Below, one piece after another: positions 55,860 through 64,000 of a stretch of 64,000 bases of DNA. Origin of the DNA: Chrysomallon squamiferum (lineage: Eukaryota; Animalia; Mollusca); NCBI GenBank assembly GCA_012295275.1, contig CM022671.1, positions 32,922,001-32,986,000 of the forward strand. Reading direction: 5' to 3'. How positions within the stretch are numbered: the first letter of the stretch is position 1; each line of letters starts with the position of its first letter. A model generated the notes under the pieces. That model saw nothing but the letters and a program-made list of their open reading frames with translations, was not told where the DNA came from and did not search any database. The position numbers and the translations under genes are program-made.

Positions 55860-58800
55860 TTTTTAATTTTTATAATATTCCTATTTTTCGGGGTGGTTTG
55901 GTTTCTTTTTTTTTTTTTTTTTTTTTGGAAAATGTTCATAAGGTTTAAGAAAACAAGATAATGAATTTCAAAATGTCAGCACGTTAGTTTAACGTCAACC
56001 TCTGATTATCTGTCAAGTACCACAAGAACAAACACTGAAGTAAAGTTTACAATGTGTGATTACTCTAGATTGTTTTATCTAAGATACCTCGTTTTCGTAC
56101 ACAACAAACTGTTTGTCTTTGCTGTCACTGGTCAAACGCTCAGTGCAATGGACACTATTAAAACTCTTGACCGATACTGATAATGTCCATCACGCTCGCT
56201 GATTTATTAAACTAGTTCAAAATTGTTATAAGTGATTTTATATTTGTGGATAGAAGAAGAAGAAGAAGAAGAAGAAGAACAAGAAGAAGAAGAAAAAGAA
56301 GAAGAAATGTTAATAACTAATGATTATTTAAAAAAAAATTAAGACAAAGAGAGAGATTCTCGATCTCCTATTGTTCAATTAACCAATTATTATTTTTGTT
56401 GTTATTTTGTGTGATTTCTTGTTTTGGTTTTTTTTATTTTTTTTATTTTTTTGTGTTTTAAATTTATTTATTTATTTTATTCTTTTTATTGTTTTATTAT
56501 TTTACAATGTAAAACAAAAAATAATTTAATTGTTTTATTCATCCTTAGGATAATATGATTAAGATACATCAGCAGTAGTAATAATAATAATACAATAATC
56601 TAGTGGAATGTACATTTCTGTTCACAATATAAATACAGTATATAATACGTGTATTAGAAAATATTAACATTTAAAAGTTTTTATGCAAAAGTAAACATAC
56701 TTTTTACAACGATCCACTGAATGTTAAAGTACATTTGTCCTGGGAAAGCAATTCTAGTCTTAAGTCTTTTCACTAGACTTTTGCACTGCCAGTTATACCT
56801 GGTTAATTTCCGATGCAGGAATGTGTCGCTTTATCATATTTTACCAGAACTGGTCATAGTTCATAATAAATGCCTTAACTCAGAAAGTTTATATTTGTTA
56901 ATAATAAATCCAGCCATTTAACACCAGTGTACAGTCTCTTTATGTTTATGTTTATGTTTGCAACACATTAACGTCTGCGTGTTCTAATTATTGTCAGGTA
57001 CCGCAAAGCTGAGTCTTTGACGTAAGTGCATCCGCAGTCTTTCTCAGTCGTGACGTGAAACAGTTAATTTTATCACCATTTTTCAATGTCTTGTATACTT
57101 TTCCATAACCACTGCCTCTGGTTTTTCACTCAAATGACGAGATTCTTCCGTGATTCCAAGAAAAGACGAACCACGTTCGTTCTCTGGTTTTTGTAGACAT
57201 TTCGTTTCCAAGTTGTTGATATAATGTGTCCTTGTCGAGCACGTAGATAAAACGTTCATTTCACGAGTGTCAGTCATCAAACAGGTTAAATGTGTTTCAG
57301 TATGTTTGTCTCGACTGCAGTGAGAAACGTTATAATCCTCAAAATGCATTGCTATTGATCTTGTCACCGAGTTTTCTATATCTGTTAGAATATTTACAGG
57401 AAGACTGGCAAACACTTCCAAATCATCCACGATCGTGTTTTCTGCTGTCCCAATGGCCATTTTAAACTGTTTTAGACTGTTTCTATAAAAACGGCGTCTT
57501 TTGACGTCCTTTCGTTGAGAATTTAAATCTTTCCGATCGGATTTGTTTTCCTCAGAAGAACGCTGCTGACGTTTCATTGCAGAGTTTACTAATAATTATC
57601 TGGTGTTCGTAATACACAGTTCATGAATGCTTTGTGTTTAATATAACGTATATTATACGTTTCAGGATTGCACAACCGATCTATTTGGGTCATCTGGAAA
57701 ACCCCAATAGTATAGTCTAAAAATAGAATACGGAGAAATGTGTCCGAAACAGAAACTGGAAATTTCTGGTCATGTTATCTCGTAAAGCACAATAAATTTC
57801 CCATAGTCCAGTTTTGTCATTACACAGAAATGGTGAAATACTTTCCGTTTATTATTTTTGTTTCCTTTTTTTTTTAAATTTTTTTTTTAACATTTTTTAT
57901 AAACATTTCGAACACTTATTTTATGGTACAGAAATCAAATTATTAATATATACATTACTGATCATGCACTATAATGGGAAGTATTAAGACATATTTAATA
58001 CTAAGTAATAAATTACTGAAACTATAATGCATTGTTATAATATAACTTATGTGTTAAAACATACCTCTCACATAAGAAAAACAAAAGAAGAAATAATTCT
58101 ATTGACAAGATACATTTTCCTCAGTCACAGAATCTGAATATTTTTACAAAATTCATAAGTAAATAAACAAATAAATAAATAAAAATGCTTTACACATTCG
58201 TGTTCACTTTCTACTGTTCATTGATGTTTCTTATGAACTTCGCATCCTGCATCAGGAATCCTTCGCTCGGCATTTCGGCCATAATACGATATTCGCCCGA
58301 CCGTCCGTATACATCTACTTCTTTTTCAAGCCGATCTTCTGTAAACAAATTCTCAGCAGACGTTCTTTCTCGACAGCATTCAGATGACGTGTTCGTACTG
58401 TTCAAATCACGACAAAGTACTGTGCTGCTGCAATTACTCCGTCCAGTTCTTCTGTAAGTTTCAGCTAGCTCCGAAGGACGATTAATGCGGCACCTGTTGT
58501 TTTTGTTGTCGTCACAAATACAGGTTTCGATATCAGAACGTATACTTGTAGGAAAAACTGGCAAATACGTCAAGATCTTCTCGAATCATCGATTCGGCCT
58601 TTTCAACTGCCATTCTGAAATCGTTCAAATTGTTTCTTTCAGGCATTTTTTTGGTCTACCGGCAGTGTGGATGTCAGTACCAAATGTGTTCACACACGCT
58701 GAAATCTTCTTTTATATCTCTTATTCGGTAACTGGAAATTCCCGATTGCGTTCCAAGAATAGTTGTTTTTTTTTTCTAGGAAAAACCCAGTGTCAGTTTC

Positions 58801-59353
58801 AAAATAAAATCCCATTTTCAGTTTTCTTACTCAGAACTGGATTGAAATGAGGGGAAAAAAACCCCAAAAACCCCAAAACAATTATACTAATAAAGTGCAA
58901 AAAGGAAACTACTACTACTAATAATAAAAATAATGCTACTACTGTTATTGTTATTATTGTTATTATTATTATTATTATTACTACTATTATTATCATCATC
59001 ATCATTATCATCATCATCATCATAATAATAATCATCATCATCATTATTATTATTATTATTAGAGTTCGAATAATAGTTCTAGTTTTGTTCTAGAAAAAAC
59101 GCGGTGTAAAGTAAATAACCAAGTTTCAGTTTCCTTATTAACAACTGAATTCATATCAGTGGGAAAGAATTTAGCCCCTGGTGCAAACAATATAAAAGTA
59201 CAACAAGGAAATGTTGTTGTTGTTTTTATTATTATTATTATCATCATCATCATTAATATTTTAAATTATTTTACATATAATACAGCCATTATGAAGACGC
59301 TTGCAAGGAAAATTGTATTATTTCCATCACCATCATCATCATCATCATCATCA

Positions 59354-59396
<43 letters not shown>

Positions 59397-59442
59397 CATC
59401 ATCATTTTACACTGTGACGATGCAACAAGGAAAATTGTTTCT

Positions 59443-59480
<38 letters not shown>

Positions 59481-62353
59481 TTCAGGAAGGGGAAACTCGG
59501 ATGTCTAAAAACAGTCGTCTGCTAACTGCGCTGCAATTGAGGTCATCTCCGGCCTTTAGGAAATTCAGAAACATTCTGCTCGAGACGGGTCATTGCTTTC
59601 TGGCTGATTTACTTTGGGAAGATGGTACGACAATCATTTATTATGTCATCACAAAAATTAAAATTCATATTATTAAAAAAATAAATGAGAGAATAATATA
59701 TTCAAAAGAGACGTGTGTGTATTTATATACATACATACACACACATAATGTATACACGCACACACGCACACACATACACACATGTGACAGAGTGAAATGA
59801 GTTTTTTTAAAATTATTATTTACTTTTTACCAAATTAATTTTCCCCTTTTTAGTATGTAATTTTAATTTTTATTTTTATTTTAATTTTTTTTTTTATTAT
59901 TGTTATCATTTTCTTTTTCTAGAAACAAACGACAGTCGTCTTTGTGAGAATATTTTCAACAAATTTCCGGAAATATTTGACAGGTTGCCAGCGGACATTA
60001 AGAAGCGATTTCAGCAGTATTTAGAATCTAAGGTGTGTAGAACAGATGTTTATGTCATAACAGAATAATGTTAGCTCGTTTCTATTTGTTGCAACATGCA
60101 AATTTCATAACTTGGTTTTGTTAGATTGAACTGGATTCTTCGTTTGTTCTCTTTTAACTTTTTTCTTCGTTTTCTTCATGTTTGTTTTATTTAGTTGTCC
60201 TCTTAATTATAGCGAGCATCTATCTAACTATTCAGTTATGTACTTTATTATTTAAGTTCCATTTTTAATGTAATATTTTATTATGTCTGGAAGTTGTTTT
60301 TTTGGAGGGTCTGTTGTTGTTGTTTTTTATATTTTTTATGTTTGTTGGTTTTTTTTTGTTTTTTGTGTTATTGGGTTTTTTTTTTGTGTGTGTGTGTTTT
60401 TTAAGTACAGTGAAAGTAATGTCTCTGCTTTCTTATATCTGCAAAACCGAGCTTATAGAACAAACATCAGAACAGAAAAATTAATGAAAAGAAACACGCA
60501 CACGCTAAAACTTCTAGAATCGAACGAAAATTCAGGGTAAATAAAGAATATAATAACAAAATGATTTTGCACGACCCAGGAATAAAATAACAAAATCTTT
60601 AATACGTGGTTTATTGTGTACGTAATCAGTTGCCTGATGACATGACACTCGATATATGTTTCGTCAAACATGACTTTCAGATTCGTGCAAAGAGTCTGCA
60701 AGCATCGTGGATAAATGCCGCCGCCCAGAGAATGCAAAATTTACAGGCAAAATCAGAAGACATCCGACAGGAAGGCCAACTCCGTGCTACCATAGAGGAC
60801 TTACAGAAAAAGGTTTAACTTTCAACTTTTATTTGTTTGTTCGTTTGCTAGTGTTTATTTTATAGCTATAATTATACTTCTTCATTGTAGAAGTAGTAGT
60901 AATGTTGGTGGTTGTGGTGGTGATAGTAGTAGTAGTAGTAGTAATAGTAGTAGTAGCAACAGCAACAGTAGAGGAATTTGAGGCAAAAGCAACAAGACTT
61001 GATATCATTACTTTGGCATGCCCTTTGTTTCCGCTCTTCCAGCTACTGCAGTAGTGGTTGTAATAGTAATAGCGGTAGTAGTAGTGGTAGCAGTTGTAGT
61101 AGTAGTAGTAGCAGTAGTAATGGTAATACATTAGTAACAGTAGTAGCAGCAGAGGTGGTGGTGGTTGTAGTAGTAGTAATAGGTTAGTAACAGTAGTAGT
61201 AGCAGAGGTGATGGTGGTAGTAATAGTAGTAGTAGTAAAAATTAGCAATAGCAGTAGTAGCAATGGTGGTGGTGGTGGTGGTAGTAGTAGTAATAGTAGT
61301 AGTACTAATAATTGTTTTTATTATAAAACGTGTAGAAAGCCAACTGCTAAATTTGATTTACTGTTTTAGGTGCGAAATTTACAAGAGAGAATTAAGTCCC
61401 AAGATGGTACATTACGCTACATGACTATAGAAGCTAAAGGTCTTGAAAAACAACTTCATAAAACCAGATATGAGAACAAACACAATCTCGAAAAGCAGAC
61501 GAATTTCAATATAGCGAATCACAACACGATATTACGATTACGAGAAAGGCTTTCCATATTCAACAGAGATATCATACGCATGAACGAAATGATGAGGGGA
61601 GCTCTGGGAGATGATTTAGAAACATATGAAAACGATCCGGAAAATGTAAAAATTTCCATCTTGGAAAGCAACCTTAATAAACTATTGGAAAAAGCCAACG
61701 ACAAAATGAATACGATTCCTGTTACAGTGAAAGAGGGGAATGAAATCATCCATCTGCTTTTTCCAGATGGTCAGTGGGACGATAAAGAAAATATCTCAGA
61801 CGCAGTTAAAACGTACGTCGAAAGAGAGATAAAGCAGAAGATTCGCATAGTGAAGGAAATTGAGAAAATGATGAGTTCTCTGAAAGGGATGCCGACGTCT
61901 GGTAAGTCGTCGAGACATCAGAGTTACGTTGACGACGTAACAATCGATAACAGGTACGTCAACAACATCCTGGCAACGGTCCGGGTGGAAGTAGAACATC
62001 TGAACAAGAAGCTGGCTTGGAAGGATTCCGAGATCACCAAACTGACGGCCGAGGTGGAAGTTCTGAACGAAGAGGTTGCCATGCTGCGGCAAAGACTGTC
62101 GCTAAGCCAGGAAGGAAAAGGCGAAATTGCAACAAAATGGGAATATCCTGAAGAAGGAAGGCCCAACGGTATCGATTTTGATGATCATACGCAGCAGTTC
62201 CGCGGAAACGGTTTGAAGAACAATTTAAATGTCTATTCACAGCGATTGAAAGGACACCAGAATGAAAAACGAAACAGAGAGAACGCACCATTGTCAAAGG
62301 CGAAGAGCATGGACTATCGCCGACCTACTACGTCAAACTTGGACACAACCTGA
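52436..62353 (+). CDS. N-terminal CARD (death-fold) plus long coiled-coil protein, 499 aa; exons 52436-52570, 59486-59624, 59923-60032, 60681-60812, 61370-62353
   Basis: Five GT-AG exons join in frame (1500 nt). Exons 1+2 give a CARD-like domain: MDQKYRLILERNRQLLVNNI..FFNLLFKEKVLP..M..DVKEGETRMSKNSRLLTALQLRSSPAFRKFRNILLETGHCFLADLL. Later exons are heptad-rich (e.g. VRVEVEHLNKKLAWKDSEITKLTAEVEVLNEEVAMLRQRL). An in-frame TAA at 52424 precedes the ATG. Confidence 0.82.
55536..55670. repeat. Second copy of the 48501-48638 block
   Basis: Direct repeat, highly similar by eye, also preceded by (AAT)n. Confidence 0.85.
57083..57577 (-). CDS. Orphan 164-aa protein nested antisense in intron 1 of the CARD gene
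   Basis: Non-repetitive ATG-to-stop ORF. Residues 32-69 share 20/38 identities with the neighbouring minus-strand ORF at 58211-58646. Confidence 0.6.
   Translation of the reverse strand: MKRQQRSSEENKSDRKDLNSQRKDVKRRRFYRNSLKQFKMAIGTAENTIVDDLEVFASLPVNILTDIENSVTRSIAMHFEDYNVSHCSRDKHTETHLTCLMTDTREMNVLSTCSTRTHYINNLETKCLQKPENERGSSFLGITEESRHLSEKPEAVVMEKYTRH
58211..58646 (-). pseudogene. Tandem paralog of the 57083-57577 ORF with a +1 frameshift (about 144 aa if corrected)
   Basis: ATG at 58646 reads MPERNNLNDFRMAVEKAESMIREDLDVFASF. The homologous sequence PTSIRSDIETC continues in another frame after the 5-nt homopolymer at 58553-58557 and runs to TAG at 58211. Confidence 0.55.
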
Positions 62354-63757
62354 TTTTCAGTAAACAAAAATACAAGTGTAGCTCGAATTAAACAAACATT
62401 GTACAAAGATTTTTTATAAAATGTTTGCTGCTGTTTTCGTTATATCAATGATCTTATGTAAATGTTTTATAGTTAATTAAGAAATAAATTATATTATTTA
62501 ATTTCATATTAAAAAAATAAAAAAATTAAAATAAAAAAATAAAAAATGTTTAAGTCACCCTCTCATCATTCAAATGTTTTATTGTCAACAGCAAATAGTT
62601 TTAGTGAAACGGGCATTTTCTGCTGACGTTTTCATCAGTTTTAGATAAATTGTTGTTAATAATAATAATAATAATTAAATAGGTACGTTAAATTCAAAAA
62701 TTATAAAAGTAAATGATTAGGTAATATCTATCTATAGTTAGGTAATATCAACTGTTTTATATTAGTAATAAAGATGGTGTCATTATTCTATTACTCGTTA
62801 GTATTATAAAAATATTTATAATTAGCTTTACTTCCACTCAGGAAACTAGATTTTTTATATTATTATTATTTTCTTAACTTTACTTTATTGATTTATTGAT
62901 TTATTTAATTTTTATTTAGAATTTATTTATTTGTGTTTGTTTAACCTATATTTACAAACCCATTTCGTCAGCGAAATATTGAAATTCACGATGGCTTATG
63001 CTCCACTCATTTCTTTTTCTTCTTTTTTTGAATCCGGTATAAAAGAATATTTGTTCCAACCCATGCATGGAGGAACTAATATTTGGCGAATATTAATTCC
63101 CCATTCTTAGGGGGAATTCATAGAATTAGGGTGAAATTTTCTAACTTGGATAACGATACATTTTTTCAAATGAATTTTCCTCGATATTTTCGTGCCAGTG
63201 TATTCTGTCCTCAGTGTTTTGATAACTGGAAATAAGAATTAGAGAAATAAAAAGATAAGCTGGTTGCAGAAGGAAAATTAATACAGTGCCAAAGTGTTAT
63301 GATTGTGTTAAGCATAATTCTCAAAACCTATTCAGGGAAATTTATATTTTTGTCTCCTAAATACACCAAAATTCACCATATTCACCCCCCCCCAGCAGAA
63401 CTTGGTTTTTGTGGTGATCAACATTTGCCACCAGTTCCTGACCAGTTCTTCAGGATACCTTAACATCCACTCTTGTATTTCCTGGATCAACACCTGAATT
63501 TAGGATGCTGAGGTCTATGATAATGCAGATGTGAGCTCCAAGCAATATGTAAAAAAAAAAAAAAATAAAAAAAAATTAGCAAAAGATATATGAAGAGGTG
63601 TAACCCTCTAGGTGTTGTCTTGGCTAACTTGTTGTATTGTTGACATTTTACGTATGAGCACAACAGACATTAAAATCATCAAACATGCCTTTGCATGAAA
63701 AATGGCTCCTTAACCTCTGCCATTTTCTCACAGGCAAAATGTCCTGGTAACTCAGCA

Positions 63758-63969
63758 TCATGGACAGACTGTAGAATTAATGTAGAAGTCCATCTTGTAC
63801 TGAATTGCACCGAGTTTAGGAGAATCCTCCGGGTATTTTCCTTCAGTCACATAGGCCAGGAGCTTGTTAATCCTCCTCATCATAATCAGATGTATATCAA
63901 AATCAAAGGTCTTGTCATTGGACTTACTTTGACACTTCAGGTTCAAACACGTGACTCGGTTCCTGGTAT
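63758..63969 (-). CDS. Probable terminal coding exon of a minus-strand gene that starts beyond the window
   Basis: Minus-strand acceptor TTTTTTCTTCTAG, then a 70-codon non-repetitive frame TRNRVTCLNLKCQSK..YKMDFYINSTVCP*. The other two frames close early. No family recognised. Confidence 0.45.
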
Positions 63970-64000
63970 CTAGAAGAAAAAAGTTCAGCGGCTGTGTTAG

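Noticed and set aside
58485-58850. 121-aa plus-strand ORF in the CARD intron
   Set aside because: Antisense shadow of the minus-strand paralog, which has the homology support.
60406-60540. Possible extra CARD-gene exon (YSESNVSAF...ENSG)
   Set aside because: Its donor is not phase 0, so it would break the frame between exons 59923-60032 and 60681-60812, which join directly.
63695-63973. 92-aa plus-strand ORF
   Set aside because: Overlaps the minus-strand exon candidate, which has a good acceptor; probably its shadow.

Overview
Eukaryotic (animal) genomic DNA: AT-rich, full of microsatellites, with GT-AG introns. The gene content and repeats suggest a lophotrochozoan, probably a mollusc, but that is inference. 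Most ORF-track entries are microsatellite artefacts. Splicing by hand gives these genes: (1) a 2-coding-exon Shaw/Kv3-type potassium channel (20351-23017, +) with a non-canonical S6 gate (TVP instead of PVP); (2) a 3-exon, 84-aa secreted 8-Cys peptide with beta-defensin-like Cys spacing (31869-33320, +), which the ORF track misses; (3) a complete 9-exon MMAB cobalamin adenosyltransferase (35483-40612, +); (4) an intronless DUF985/Cupin_5 gene (42644-43144, +); (5) a 5-exon CARD plus coiled-coil gene (52436-62353, +), preceded by a divergent, frameshifted copy of its first CARD exon (45566-45699); (6) two related orphan ORFs nested antisense in its first intron (57083-57577 and 58211-58646); (7) a probable terminal exon of a minus-strand gene at the window end. 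There are also SINE and Tigger/pogo remnants and several minisatellites. All gene models are manual and were not checked by database search or RNA data.
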